Part shown: piece by piece, positions 30,634 through 41,172 of the stretch
Layout: every line of letters starts with the position of its first letter
Numbering within the stretch: position 1 is the first letter of the stretch
From: Nitrospirota bacterium
GTDB taxonomy: Bacteria; Nitrospirota; Thermodesulfovibrionia; Thermodesulfovibrionales; Dissulfurispiraceae
Assembly (NCBI GenBank): GCA_040754455.1
Contig: JBFMCP010000003.1
Span: 32,001 to 96,000 of the forward strand
Reading direction: 5' to 3'
DNA length: 64,000 nt
The notes under the pieces: generated by a model
Databases searched by the model: none
Told to the model about the DNA's origin: nothing
What the model saw: only the letters and a program-made list of their open reading frames with translations
Position numbers and translations under genes: made by a program

Positions 30634-33621
30634 ATGGAATGCTCAAAAAAAATTATTGTTTTTGTAGTAGTGCTCTTTCTAACCGGCATCTCCTATGCTG
30701 CAGATGAGAGCATCCTTTTTACTTCAATCGCTCCTGATGCATTGATCCTTCTCGATCTGTCGGGCAGCATGAACTGGAACCCTGCTGGAGGAAGCAGGAT
30801 ATATGGAGCAAGCTCTTCATGTGTGGCTGATACGACACACTGTTCCGGAGCCAACTGCAGCGGAGGCTTCTGCAACAGCTCTCAGGCATCCTGCAGTGTC
30901 GATTGCAGCCGTCTTGCTATTGCAAAGCGGGCCCTCTTTGATGTCTTCGATGATAATGACAACAATGTCATCAACAGCTCAGGCAGCAATACCGATGACC
31001 TGAGTCTCAATATGAGAACGGGCTATATGCGTTTTTTCGGCTGCCAAACGAGCAGCGATGAACGTAACGGCACGTATAGCTATTCAGCCGGCTGCAACAC
31101 CTTGATAAAAGGGATCGGCACAAAATACAGCAGTATTTTCTGCGGCAGCAGCAATAGCTGCTCAAGCAGCAGCTCCGGCTCCAGCGGCATTGTTGGTGAA
31201 GACGCAAGCGGCGGGACACCGCTCGCCGCAGCCCTCCATGAGGCTAAACTCTACCTCGACTATCATAAAAGTACGGATACGGCAGCCGCATGCCGGGAGA
31301 AATTCGTCATACTTATCACCGACGGCGCTGACACCTATCATTGCAGCGGGACAGGTCAGGAGGATCAAGCTGACCAGTATAAAAGGAGAAAGGCGACCGT
31401 TGCAAAGGCCAAGGCCCTGGCCGATGCCGGATACAAGGTCTTTGTGGTGGGGTTCGGAGCAGCAATGCCGGACAGTCTCGAGAGGACCCTGAACTGGGCC
31501 GCCTACTACGGCAAGACAGACAACCCGCTCGTTGTCAATTCAGGTACTACCAACGCCATCACCTCCTCTGTCGATCCCTGCAATGAAGGATCAGAAAACG
31601 ACCCTGCAAATGCTGCCCTTTCAGGATACGCCTTTCTCGCGAGCAATGCCGACGAACTCGCCACAGCACTCAAACAGGCAGTAAATATCATACGAGAGGC
31701 GACGTATGCATTTTCGCTCACCTCGGTATCGTCCGCACGTATCCAGAGCGAGAATAATCTTTACGAAGCTTCCTTTATTCCCGTCGATGAAGACCCCTTC
31801 TGGCAGGGCCACCTGAAAAAATATAATATCAATCCGGACGGCTCGCTGGGCACTGTCGCGTGGGATGCAGGTGATGTCTTGGCCAACACTTCAGCGGCAA
31901 GCAGAAACATAAAAACCTATAAGTCAGGTGCGGTTGTTGCCTTTACGACAGCGAATATTACGCCGGCAGACCTTTCGCCGAATCCCTCCGCCCCGATCAG
32001 TGCAACGAGAAGGGATGAAATTGTCGGCTACATAAGGGGAGAATCAGCTTATAATGAAGACAACTGGAAGCTCGGTGATATATGGCATTCCAATCCGATT
32101 GTAATAACCTCGCCCTCACCCTATTTCCAGGACAGGATCGACAGTAATAACGCTTTTGAATCATACCGGAACAGTCACCAGAGGACGTCGGGCAGCGGCA
32201 GGGTTGTGGTGGTAGGTGCCAATGACGGGCAGCTCCATGTCTTTGAGACAGCAGGAGGAGTAGAAACCTTTAGCTTTATACCTCCGAACCTTTTGCCGCG
32301 GTTAGGCAATATCGCTCACCGCGACCATCCCCCCTCGATGCTTCACCAATACTATGTCGATGGTCCCGTGTCTGCTGCAGATGTCTGGCTGGGAGCAGGA
32401 AGCGGTACCAGCAAGAGCGCATCCGACTGGAGGACCCTGGTCGTCTTCGGTGAGGGCAGGGGAGGCACGACAACGCTCTGGAGCTCTTCGAGCTCCTGCG
32501 ATTCGGGATTCAGTCCGGTATATTCCGCAACCTACAGTTATTACTGCGGCTACTACGCCCTGGACTTTACCGACACCTCCAACCCGGTCTATAAATGGCG
32601 CGTCAATCCATCATCCACGGAAGCGCCGTATCTTGCCGATGCATGGAGCAAAATGCCGATGGGCAGGGTGAAAATCAATGGTGATGAGCGGTGGGTCGGT
32701 TTCATAGGAGGGGGAGGCTTCGAATACGAATGCACTGGCTCGGTGCCGGACCCCGGGACAAAAGGCAAAGGGTTCTTCGTTATCGATCTAAAAACAGGAG
32801 ATGTCCTCTGGAGTTATACCAAATTGAATAATAATGAGATGGATAAAAGCATTCCCGCAACGCCGGCTATTGCCGATACGGACAACGATGGGTTTATCGA
32901 TACCGCCTATGTAGGGGATTTGGGCGGGAGCATGTGGCGGTTCAAGTTTTGCGAGAGAAACACCAACCCTTGCAATACCTCCAACTGGAGCGGCGGCCTT
33001 CTGTTCAGAGCGACTTCAGGAGTCATCAGGCCCATTTATACGAGCGCCTCTGTTGCAAAGGATACGGATGCCAATTTATGGGTCTACTGGGGGACCGGCG
33101 ACAAGCAGTGTCCTACTGAGGCCAATGCACAGGAGAAGTTCTATGCATTGAAAGACAACCGCACATCCACTTACAACATTAATGATCTTGAGAATATCAC
33201 CACCGGCGTTTTCACTGCTCAGAAGCCCGGCTGGTATATCAACCTTTCGGGCTCCGGGGAAAAGATCCTCGGCGATCCGCTCGTATTCGGCGGGGTCGTT
33301 TATTTCACCACGTATACGCCGACGCAGAGCAACAACAATCCTTGCAGCCAGTCAGGCTCAGGCAGCCTCTATGGCGTTAAATATACTACCGGCAGTGGCG
33401 CTCTCGATGGGAACTCAAGAAACATGCAATTGGGCGCAGGGATCCCTTCCGCGCCGCTCATTTCACTAAAGCCGGGTGACGGCACTCCTGCAGCAGACCT
33501 CTATGTCACCGTGAGCGGCGGCGCAGGAACTAATGCTTCTACGCAAAGAGTTCCTTTCAATCCTCCTTTCGTCATCAACAAAACAAATATGCTTTACTGG
33601 AAAGATAGGAGAGTCCAATAG
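30634..33621 (+). CDS. pilY1: PilY1-like pilus tip adhesin with vWA domain
   Basis: Signal peptide, DLSGS/TPL/ITDG MIDAS, LGDIWHSNP, GANDGQLH, YYVDG, DTDNDG Ca loop, WGTGD. Confidence 0.9.
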   Translation: MECSKKIIVFVVVLFLTGISYAADESILFTSIAPDALILLDLSGSMNWNPAGGSRIYGASSSCVADTTHCSGANCSGGFCNSSQASCSVDCSRLAIAKRALFDVFDDNDNNVINSSGSNTDDLSLNMRTGYMRFFGCQTSSDERNGTYSYSAGCNTLIKGIGTKYSSIFCGSSNSCSSSSSGSSGIVGEDASGGTPLAAALHEAKLYLDYHKSTDTAAACREKFVILITDGADTYHCSGTGQEDQADQYKRRKATVAKAKALADAGYKVFVVGFGAAMPDSLERTLNWAAYYGKTDNPLVVNSGTTNAITSSVDPCNEGSENDPANAALSGYAFLASNADELATALKQAVNIIREATYAFSLTSVSSARIQSENNLYEASFIPVDEDPFWQGHLKKYNINPDGSLGTVAWDAGDVLANTSAASRNIKTYKSGAVVAFTTANITPADLSPNPSAPISATRRDEIVGYIRGESAYNEDNWKLGDIWHSNPIVITSPSPYFQDRIDSNNAFESYRNSHQRTSGSGRVVVVGANDGQLHVFETAGGVETFSFIPPNLLPRLGNIAHRDHPPSMLHQYYVDGPVSAADVWLGAGSGTSKSASDWRTLVVFGEGRGGTTTLWSSSSSCDSGFSPVYSATYSYYCGYYALDFTDTSNPVYKWRVNPSSTEAPYLADAWSKMPMGRVKINGDERWVGFIGGGGFEYECTGSVPDPGTKGKGFFVIDLKTGDVLWSYTKLNNNEMDKSIPATPAIADTDNDGFIDTAYVGDLGGSMWRFKFCERNTNPCNTSNWSGGLLFRATSGVIRPIYTSASVAKDTDANLWVYWGTGDKQCPTEANAQEKFYALKDNRTSTYNINDLENITTGVFTAQKPGWYINLSGSGEKILGDPLVFGGVVYFTTYTPTQSNNNPCSQSGSGSLYGVKYTTGSGALDGNSRNMQLGAGIPSAPLISLKPGDGTPAADLYVTVSGGAGTNASTQRVPFNPPFVINKTNMLYWKDRRVQ

Positions 33622-33646
33622 CAGCGCCCAGCAAAGAAAAGAAAGT

Positions 33647-33684
33647 GAGAGATCGTCCTTTCCCGAGGCGATCTCTCTTCTATT
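33647..33684 (+). terminator. hairpin after pilY1
   Basis: GAGAGATCG...CGATCTCTC followed by TTCTATT. Confidence 0.6.
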
Positions 33685-34067
33685 GCGCCCTGGTGCTTGG
33701 TTCATTACTTTTTATTTTCCATGGCATCTCAGGAAAGCATGCGACACCACCAAGCAGAGAGCTTGCAGCCCGTCCGCTTACTCCACTCTAGCTGATCAAC
33801 CATCCATCATCGCCGCCTCAGAAGGTGGAGCATAACACTGCCACTATTTCTCTATCAAGCATCCTTTAGCTCCGTTTGCTCATGGAGTGAATCGTCCCTC
33901 TCATCCCCTGCTAAACCATGGTTTTTTTCAAATTCACTTGTGGTATACTAACCGTCAATATCCGCAGGAATACACCCTATATATACAGGTTGTAAGGTGT
34001 GAAGCGGCGCCGGACGGGCTTTTGCGCGATAATTGAGATTTTTTGAAGGAGGCTTCGAGGAGACGGT

Positions 34068-36326
34068 ATGAGGACAACACGCATCGTTTCATGTATTATT
34101 TTAGTAGTAGTAGCCGCCCTGCTGTTCGGGATTGCCCATTCCGAGGAACTCCCCATTGTCACCGCCCTTGAAGTAAAAGGCTTAAAGCGCATCGAAGAGG
34201 GGGCGCTCAAGCCCAAAATTTCCCAGAAGATCGGCGAGCCGCTCTCCAACGAGAGGGTCTCGGAAGACATAAAGGCAATATACCGTATGGGGTATTTTGA
34301 CGACGTGAGAGTCGACATCGATCCTTTCGAAGGAGGGCTTAAGGTCACCTATGTCGTCAAGGAGAAGCCGACGATTGTCAAAGTCGACTTTCAGGGGAAC
34401 AAGAAGCTCGAAACCGACAAGCTTAAGGAAAAGGCTACTCTCATCCCCGGAACCATTGCGGATGTAACGCTTATCAACGATAACGCCGCGAAGTTAAGGG
34501 CCTTTTATGAAGACGAAGGCTACTATCTCGCCAGGATTGTGCCTGTCGTCAGAAGGCTGGACGAAGGTGAGGTCGCCGTTACCTACCAGATCGACGAGGG
34601 CGAAAAGGTAAAGATCAAGAATATCCAGATCGAAGGCAACAAAGCGATCTCCGCAAAAAAAATAAAGAAAGCCATGAAGACGAAGGAACGAGGACTGCTC
34701 TCCTTTATCTTCGGCACCGGCTACTATAAAAAGGATGAAATGAGGGCCGACGTCGAGCGGATAAAAGACGTCTACTACAATGAGGGCTATATAAAAGTCG
34801 CCGTCGGAACCCCCAGGGTCCAGCTGACCCAGGACAAGAAGGGGATGAACATCACCATTCCCCTCTCCGAAGGTGATCAGTTCAAAGTATCCTCTATCGA
34901 GATTACCGGGAACAAGGTGTTTAAGGAAGAGGAACTGAAAAAGCTGCTCAAGGTCTCCCCTAATAAGGTATTCAGCAAAGAGGTCTTTACCAAGGATATC
35001 GCGGCCCTGACGGACAAATATGCCAATAACGGCTATGCCCTGGTCACGATTGTCCCTGATCTTGTCCCCGATGAGCAGAAAAAAGAGACCAAGGTGGTGT
35101 ACCAGATCAGCGAGGGCGACAAGTACAGGATCGGCCGTATCGAAATCTCGGGAAACACCAAGACGAGGGATAAGGTCATCCGGAGAGAGATACGGCTCGA
35201 TGAAGGTGATACTTTTGATGCCTCAAAACTGAAACGGAGCTATGAAAGGATCAACAACCTTCAGTTCTTCGAAAACGTGGATATCGCACCGAAGCCGAAG
35301 CCTGAGGAAAAACTGGTTGACCTCGATGTAACAGTGAAAGAGAAGCCGACCGGCTTCCTGAGCGTCGGTGGAGGGTACAGCTCGGTAGATCAATTTGTTG
35401 CAATGGTAGATGTGACTCAGGGCAATCTGTTCGGCAAGGGGCAGTATATAAAGCTGCGCGGAGAGCTCGGCGGCAAGAGCAGCTTCTATGAGCTCTCCTT
35501 CCGGGACCCCTGGTTCCTCGACAAACCCCTTTCTTTTGGCGCAAGCATCTACAAGACCGAAAGAGAATACGCCAACTTTGACAGAAAAGCGACCGGATTC
35601 GAGCTCTCTTTGGGAAAGAGCTTCTGGGAGTACTGGAGCGGCTCCGTGGCCTATAACTTCGAGAGGGCAACGGTCTTCAACATCGATGAAAACGCCTCTC
35701 AAACAATAAAAGAGCAGGAGGGGACGCGCACCACCAGCAGCGTCAGTTTTGCCCTGGCAAAAGACACGCGGGATAACTACCTCGATCCTTTACGCGGGTC
35801 GCGGAATGCGGGATACCTGACCTTCGCAGGACTGGGGGGCACCAACGCCTTCATTAAAATGCTCTATGATTCGAGCTGGTATTTCCCCATGTTTGATGTG
35901 ACCACCATCCACCTGCGCGGCAGGCTCGGCTATTCGACCGGACTGTTCGGCAAAAGTCTACCGCTCTACGAGCGGTACTATGTCGGCGGCATCTATACCG
36001 TGCGAGGCCTCGGCTACGGAGAGGCTGGACCGAAAGACAAAAACAATGATGAACCCATCGGCGGCGAGAAGCAGCTGATCTTCAATGCCGAGTACATCTT
36101 CCCTATTGTTTCGGAATACAAATTCAAAGGCCTCGTCTTTTTCGATGCAGGCCGGGCATATGACAGGGGCGAGACCTTCGGCACCGATTTGCGGTATACC
36201 ACAGGTCTCGGTATCCGGTGGATATCGCCGATGGGTCCGATACGGATCGAGTGGGGCTATAATCTGAGCAAGAAAGAGGGCGAGTCGGGAAGTAAAGTTG
36301 AGTTTACCTTTGGATCATTCTTTTAA
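34068..36326 (+). CDS. bamA: outer membrane assembly factor BamA
   Basis: POTRA repeats, GNTKTRDKVIRRE, VRG motif, WISPMGP, C-terminal Phe. Confidence 0.96.
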   Translation: MRTTRIVSCIILVVVAALLFGIAHSEELPIVTALEVKGLKRIEEGALKPKISQKIGEPLSNERVSEDIKAIYRMGYFDDVRVDIDPFEGGLKVTYVVKEKPTIVKVDFQGNKKLETDKLKEKATLIPGTIADVTLINDNAAKLRAFYEDEGYYLARIVPVVRRLDEGEVAVTYQIDEGEKVKIKNIQIEGNKAISAKKIKKAMKTKERGLLSFIFGTGYYKKDEMRADVERIKDVYYNEGYIKVAVGTPRVQLTQDKKGMNITIPLSEGDQFKVSSIEITGNKVFKEEELKKLLKVSPNKVFSKEVFTKDIAALTDKYANNGYALVTIVPDLVPDEQKKETKVVYQISEGDKYRIGRIEISGNTKTRDKVIRREIRLDEGDTFDASKLKRSYERINNLQFFENVDIAPKPKPEEKLVDLDVTVKEKPTGFLSVGGGYSSVDQFVAMVDVTQGNLFGKGQYIKLRGELGGKSSFYELSFRDPWFLDKPLSFGASIYKTEREYANFDRKATGFELSLGKSFWEYWSGSVAYNFERATVFNIDENASQTIKEQEGTRTTSSVSFALAKDTRDNYLDPLRGSRNAGYLTFAGLGGTNAFIKMLYDSSWYFPMFDVTTIHLRGRLGYSTGLFGKSLPLYERYYVGGIYTVRGLGYGEAGPKDKNNDEPIGGEKQLIFNAEYIFPIVSEYKFKGLVFFDAGRAYDRGETFGTDLRYTTGLGIRWISPMGPIRIEWGYNLSKKEGESGSKVEFTFGSFF

Positions 36327-36438
36327 AAACCCGTGTGTGTGAAAGATAACAGTAGCGGGTCCTCAGCGGTATCCCTTATAATACAGTGATGGGCATTTAC
36401 TGCGCATTGTACGCTACGCATTATCAAGGAGGAGAGAA

Positions 36439-36984
36439 ATGAAGAAGACCATTGCACTTATCGTTGCGGGGCTTTGCCTTATGCTCGCCGGCGTGGTTTC
36501 CCCGCTGCAGGCTGAAACAAAAATAGGATTCGTCGACATCGACAAGGCCGCCAACGATTCCGAAGAGGGGAAAAAGGCGGTCGCCAGCCTGAAAGACTAT
36601 ATGACCGGCAAGCAATCCCAGATCAATGAAAAAGGCAAGGCCATCGAGAAGATGAAGGCCGACCTCGAAAAGCAGGGCTCGGTGATATCGGCTGAAGCAC
36701 GAAAATCGAAGATCGAAGAGATCGAACGGGCCGAACGGGACTTCCAGAGAATGCTCACCGACGTCAATCAGGAGCTCGAGAAAAAGCGCAGGGAGTTGAC
36801 CGAATCGGTGTACAAGGAGATCATCAGAGTTATCGAACAGATAGGACAGGAGGGCAAGTATTCGGTCATATTGCCCAACCAGTCGCTCCTCTATGGCGAC
36901 AAGACCCTCGACATTACCAATGAAGTCATTCAGAAATACAATGAAATGAAGGCAGCCAAGGCTGCTACCCCCAAGAAAAAGTAA
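36439..36984 (+). CDS. skp: OmpH/Skp chaperone
   Basis: KIGFVD, coiled coil, DIT..VI; between bamA and lpxD. Confidence 0.9.
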   Translation: MKKTIALIVAGLCLMLAGVVSPLQAETKIGFVDIDKAANDSEEGKKAVASLKDYMTGKQSQINEKGKAIEKMKADLEKQGSVISAEARKSKIEEIERAERDFQRMLTDVNQELEKKRRELTESVYKEIIRVIEQIGQEGKYSVILPNQSLLYGDKTLDITNEVIQKYNEMKAAKAATPKKK

Positions 36985-37026
36985 TTTCCTGTAGGTAGCT
37001 CCGGCAGAGAGGAATAAGCGCTACAC

Positions 37027-38049
37027 ATGAAGTTGCAGGCACTTGCAGAACTCCTTGGTGGTGAACTTCGCGGTAACGGTAACACCGAGATATGGGGCGT
37101 CTCCGGCGCATCGGATGCGAAAGAGGGAGACATAACCTTTCTTGCGGGTATGAAGTGGCTCAAGGAGGTAAAAGGCAGCAGCGCCTCTGCAGTCCTCGTT
37201 AAGGAGTTTGTTGATGAGATCGCAAAGCCACAGCTGAAAACAGGCAACCCACAGTATGCCTTTGCCAAACTGCTCTCCCATTTCTATGTCAGACCCCATC
37301 CCTGCAAAGGGATAAGCAGCAGGGCTTTTATCTCTGAAAAAGCGTCGATCGGACAGGATGTAACGATCTATGATTTCGCTTACATTGCGGACGGCGTGCG
37401 CATCGGGGCGAAGAGCGTTGTTTATCCCGGGGTCTTTATCGGCGAGGACAGCACGGTCGGAGAGGGATGTACGATTCATCCGAACACAACGATCCGCGAG
37501 AGGGTTACCATTGGGAGCAATGTAGTTATCCATTCAGGCGCCGTCATCGGTGCCGACGGCTTCGGCTACGTCTTCGAGGGCGGCGTGCACCACAAGATAC
37601 CCCAGGTCGGAACAGTCGTCATCGAAGATGATGTGGAAATCGGCGCCGGCGTCACCATCGACAGGGCGACCACCGGTACTACCCGTATCGGTAGGGGTAC
37701 GAAAATAGACAACCTCGTCCAGGTCGGGCACAACGTCCAAGTCGGCAGGAATGTTATATTAGTAGCTCAGATCGGCATCGGCGGAAGCTCGCATATCGGT
37801 GACCACACCATCATCGGTGGGCAGGCGGGCATCGCAGACCATACTACTATTGCACCCGGCACCATGATCGGTGCGCAATCAGGAGTGCTCGGTGAGGTAC
37901 AACGCGGCATCTATTCCGGGTCTCCGATAATGCCCCACAGGGACTGGCTCAAGGCGAGCGCAGTGTTTGCCCGATTGCCGGAGCTGAAGAAAAAGATAGA
38001 GGAGCTCGAAAAGAGCATTCGCACCATACAATCTCCGGAGGAACAATGA
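37027..38049 (+). CDS. lpxD: UDP-3-O-acylglucosamine N-acyltransferase
   Basis: Hexapeptide repeats, [23 protein letters not shown]. Confidence 0.96.
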   Translation: MKLQALAELLGGELRGNGNTEIWGVSGASDAKEGDITFLAGMKWLKEVKGSSASAVLVKEFVDEIAKPQLKTGNPQYAFAKLLSHFYVRPHPCKGISSRAFISEKASIGQDVTIYDFAYIADGVRIGAKSVVYPGVFIGEDSTVGEGCTIHPNTTIRERVTIGSNVVIHSGAVIGADGFGYVFEGGVHHKIPQVGTVVIEDDVEIGAGVTIDRATTGTTRIGRGTKIDNLVQVGHNVQVGRNVILVAQIGIGGSSHIGDHTIIGGQAGIADHTTIAPGTMIGAQSGVLGEVQRGIYSGSPIMPHRDWLKASAVFARLPELKKKIEELEKSIRTIQSPEEQ

Positions 38050-38477
38050 TCGATATCAAAGAAATACAATCCATACTGCCGCACCGCTATCCCTTTCTGC
38101 TCGTCGATAAGGTCATCGAATTGGAGCCGGGCGTAAAGGCAGTAGGGATCAAGAACGTTACTATCAACGAGCCGTTTTTTCAGGGCCATTTCCCAGGCAA
38201 TCCCGTCATGCCGGGGGTGCTTATTATTGAAGCGCTGGCACAGGTTGCGGGAATCCTGGCATTCAAATCGGGCACACAGGGAAAGGCCGTGTATTTCATG
38301 AGCATCGACAAGGTAAAGTTCAGGAAGATTGTTGCTCCGGGTGACCAGTTAAGCCTTGTGGTCCAGGTGCTCCACAAACGGGGGAATGTCTGGAAATTCT
38401 CAGGCAATGCCTTTGCCGAAAGTAAATTGATGGCCGAGGCTGAATTCACCGCCATGGTCTCCAATAAAGACCTTTAG
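38046..38477 (+). CDS. fabZ: 3-hydroxyacyl-ACP dehydratase
   Basis: [29 protein letters not shown]. Confidence 0.97.
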   Translation: MIDIKEIQSILPHRYPFLLVDKVIELEPGVKAVGIKNVTINEPFFQGHFPGNPVMPGVLIIEALAQVAGILAFKSGTQGKAVYFMSIDKVKFRKIVAPGDQLSLVVQVLHKRGNVWKFSGNAFAESKLMAEAEFTAMVSNKDL

Positions 38478-38485
38478 GAGGAGCA

Positions 38486-39265
38486 ATGCCAAAAGATATC
38501 CACAAATCGGCAATCGTCAGCTCCAAAGCAGAAATCGCGGACAATGTTGTCATAGGACCCTACTGCACCATCGGAGAGGGTGTCGTTATAAAAGAAGGGA
38601 CCAAGCTCATCTCCAATGTCGTTGTCGAAGGGAACTCCGAGATCGGTGAGGAGTGCACGGTCTATCCCTTTGCGACCATCGGGCTTCCGCCACAGGATCT
38701 GAAATACAAGAATGAGAAGACCGGCGTGAAGATCGGGAAGAAGAACATCATCAGGGAATACGCCTCGATCCACAGGGCTTCCGTCGGCGGAAGCGGACTT
38801 ACCGAGATCGGGAATTCGAATTTTCTTATGGCTTATGTCCATGTTGCCCATGACTGCAAAATCGGCAATTCCAATATTATGGCAAATGCCGCAACCCTTG
38901 CCGGACATGTAAAAATCCAGGACTTTACCGTAATCGGCGGTCTGGTGGCAATTCATCAATATACCCGTATCGGCTCCTATGCCATGGTGGGCGGCTTCAG
39001 CGGCATAGGGCAGGACATCCCGCCGTATACCATGGCATCGGGCGCCCGGGCCAAGCTCTACGGGCTCAACTCCATCGGGCTCAAGCGACACGGCTTTTCC
39101 GATGAGACGATCAATGTCCTGAAAAAAGCGTACAAGATCCTTTTCAGGGAAAAGAGGACGCTCAAAGAGGCCCTGAAGAAGATCAAGACAGACTTTCCCG
39201 ATACGAAAGAGATCAAACACCTCATTGAATTCATCGAGGAAAATACCAGAGGAATATGCAGGTAA
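38486..39265 (+). CDS. lpxA: UDP-GlcNAc acyltransferase
   Basis: PQDLKY, HVAHDC, LAGHV, GLKRHGF. Confidence 0.96.
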   Translation: MPKDIHKSAIVSSKAEIADNVVIGPYCTIGEGVVIKEGTKLISNVVVEGNSEIGEECTVYPFATIGLPPQDLKYKNEKTGVKIGKKNIIREYASIHRASVGGSGLTEIGNSNFLMAYVHVAHDCKIGNSNIMANAATLAGHVKIQDFTVIGGLVAIHQYTRIGSYAMVGGFSGIGQDIPPYTMASGARAKLYGLNSIGLKRHGFSDETINVLKKAYKILFREKRTLKEALKKIKTDFPDTKEIKHLIEFIEENTRGICR

Positions 39266-39268
39266 CAT

Positions 39269-39347
39269 CAAAGAGCAAAGAGCAAAGAGCAAAATTATGG
39301 GATAAAAAACTCCTTAATTTTTCATTTTGCATTTTTCATTTTGCATT
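39269..39347. repeat. inverted heptamer-array element between lpxA and lpxI
   Basis: (CAAAGAG)x3 CAAAATT ... AATTTTT CATTTTG CATTTTT CATTTTG CATT, abutting the lpxI ATG. Confidence 0.8.
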
Positions 39348-40163
39348 ATGAAAATAATAGGTATCATTGCCGGCACCGGCGAACTCCCCATAATCATCGC
39401 CAAAGATGCGAAGAAGCGCGGCTACAGGGTTATCACCATAGCACTCGAGAACCTCGCTACGCCCGACATCGAAGAATGTTCGGACGAATTCCAGTGGATC
39501 AATGTGGGCAAGCTGGGAGAGCTGATCGACACCCTGAAGCGTTTCCAGGTGAAAGAGGCGATCATGGCAGGCAAAGTACCCAAATCTTTGCTCTATAAGT
39601 CAAAGATAACCCCTGACCTCAGGGCCATGAAGCTGCTCTTTACCCTCAAGGACAAAAGTGATGATGCCATCCTCAATGCCCTCACCAACGAGCTCGCAAA
39701 AGAGGGAATCGCGGTTGTCGACACAGCGAGTCTGAGCCCCAACCTGCTCACTCCTGAGGGTGTATTGACGGACGATGCCCCTTCCAAAGAGGAATGGAAA
39801 GATATCGAGTTCGGCTGGAAGATCGCAAAGGAGGTCGGCAGACTGGATATAGGACAGACCGTCGTCGTAAAGGGACAGGCGGTGATGGCGGTCGAGGCGA
39901 TCGAAGGGACGGATGAGGCGATTCTGCGGGGAGGCAAATGGGCGGGAGACGGCGCTGTCGTCGTCAAGGTGAGCAAGCCCCAGCAGGACATGCGGCTCGA
40001 TGTCCCGGTGATCGGGCTGACAACCCTCGATTCCATGATCAAGGTCGCCGCCCGCGTCCTGGCAGTCGAAGCCCACAGGAGCATCATCGTGAACAGAGAG
40101 CAACTGGTCAAGGAGGCCGAAGAGGCCGGCATATCAATCGTAGGGTTTACAGGAAAGCGATAG
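39348..40163 (+). CDS. lpxI: UDP-2,3-diacylglucosamine pyrophosphatase LpxI
   Basis: IIAGTGELP, MAGKV, DIGQTVV, EAIEGTD, KPQQDMRLDVP. Confidence 0.93.
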   Translation: MKIIGIIAGTGELPIIIAKDAKKRGYRVITIALENLATPDIEECSDEFQWINVGKLGELIDTLKRFQVKEAIMAGKVPKSLLYKSKITPDLRAMKLLFTLKDKSDDAILNALTNELAKEGIAVVDTASLSPNLLTPEGVLTDDAPSKEEWKDIEFGWKIAKEVGRLDIGQTVVVKGQAVMAVEAIEGTDEAILRGGKWAGDGAVVVKVSKPQQDMRLDVPVIGLTTLDSMIKVAARVLAVEAHRSIIVNREQLVKEAEEAGISIVGFTGKR

Positions 40164-40164
40164 C

Positions 40165-41172
40165 ATGGCGTACATTCCATTCATTAAAGATGGCATACGC
40201 ACTGTCCACAAAAACTGGCAGCTGATTTTCGTTCACCTGGTATCGCTGATCCTCAGTTGTATAAGCTTCTTTATCATCGTCGGCATCCCGATCGCCATCG
40301 CCTTTATCATGTTCGGCCTCGATCTTACCGAGATATTGCGGCTGAAAGACATCGTCAGCGCCTTTAAGGGATCCGCCGAGCTGCTGAACAAATACTTCGG
40401 AATGGCGCTGGTCGTCCTGCTCAGCCTCTTTATCTATCTTACCTGCATCCTCGTCCTCTGGATATTTACGCTCGGCGGGACGATCGGCATTCTCTCGAAG
40501 TCGATCACCAATCAGATCGAGCGCTTCAGCCTCTCCGCCTTTTTTGCCGAGGGCAAGGCCTTCTTTGTTCCTGCCTTTGCCTTTTCGAGCATCATCGGTA
40601 TCATTTTCATAGTGCTCGCTTTTATTCTTGGCCTTATGGGGGGAGGGGCATCGGCTATTATAGAAACGGCAAAAGGGTATGAGGCAACGCTCGGGCTCTT
40701 CCTCGGAATCTTTTTCTCCCTTGCAATCCTCTCGATCGGGTTCCTTCTGATTCTCGTTACGCTTTCAGCAACGGTGTATGGAGCGGCGCACCTGGTATTC
40801 ACCCGGTCGCGGGCATGGGATGCGCTCAAGGAGAGTGTACGCTATCTCTATGCGCATCCTTCCTCTCTCTGCTTCTATGGGGGCCTTCTCCTCAGCTACA
40901 TGCTGATCGGGTTTGTGGTGATCGTCATAGGCTCGCCGCTTGCGCTGATCCCGCTGATCGGCCCCATTCTCTCGATGCCTTACCAGCTTGTTTCATACAT
41001 TATCCAGGGGTATGTCAGCCTGATCATGCTCGCTTCGGCATTTCAGTATTACTACAAGACCCGGCTCTCCCCGACGCCCCCTCAGTCCATTGCCGGTCCT
41101 GATACTTCTCCAGCAGAAGCCCCTGAGCAAGGGCCTGCTCCTGAGGAGACAGAGGAACATCAGCAAGGGTAA
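40165..41172 (+). CDS. hypothetical multi-pass membrane protein
   Basis: 335-aa hydrophobic ORF starting 1 nt after the lpxI stop. Confidence 0.8.
   Translation: MAYIPFIKDGIRTVHKNWQLIFVHLVSLILSCISFFIIVGIPIAIAFIMFGLDLTEILRLKDIVSAFKGSAELLNKYFGMALVVLLSLFIYLTCILVLWIFTLGGTIGILSKSITNQIERFSLSAFFAEGKAFFVPAFAFSSIIGIIFIVLAFILGLMGGGASAIIETAKGYEATLGLFLGIFFSLAILSIGFLLILVTLSATVYGAAHLVFTRSRAWDALKESVRYLYAHPSSLCFYGGLLLSYMLIGFVVIVIGSPLALIPLIGPILSMPYQLVSYIIQGYVSLIMLASAFQYYYKTRLSPTPPQSIAGPDTSPAEAPEQGPAPEETEEHQQG

Noticed and set aside
33690..33960. Non-coding gap between pilY1 and bamA as an sRNA or gene remnant
   Set aside because: No recognisable structure or protein similarity by eye.
36330..36425. Possible degenerate ACGCATT heptamer element between bamA and skp
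   Set aside because: Too few and too divergent units to support.
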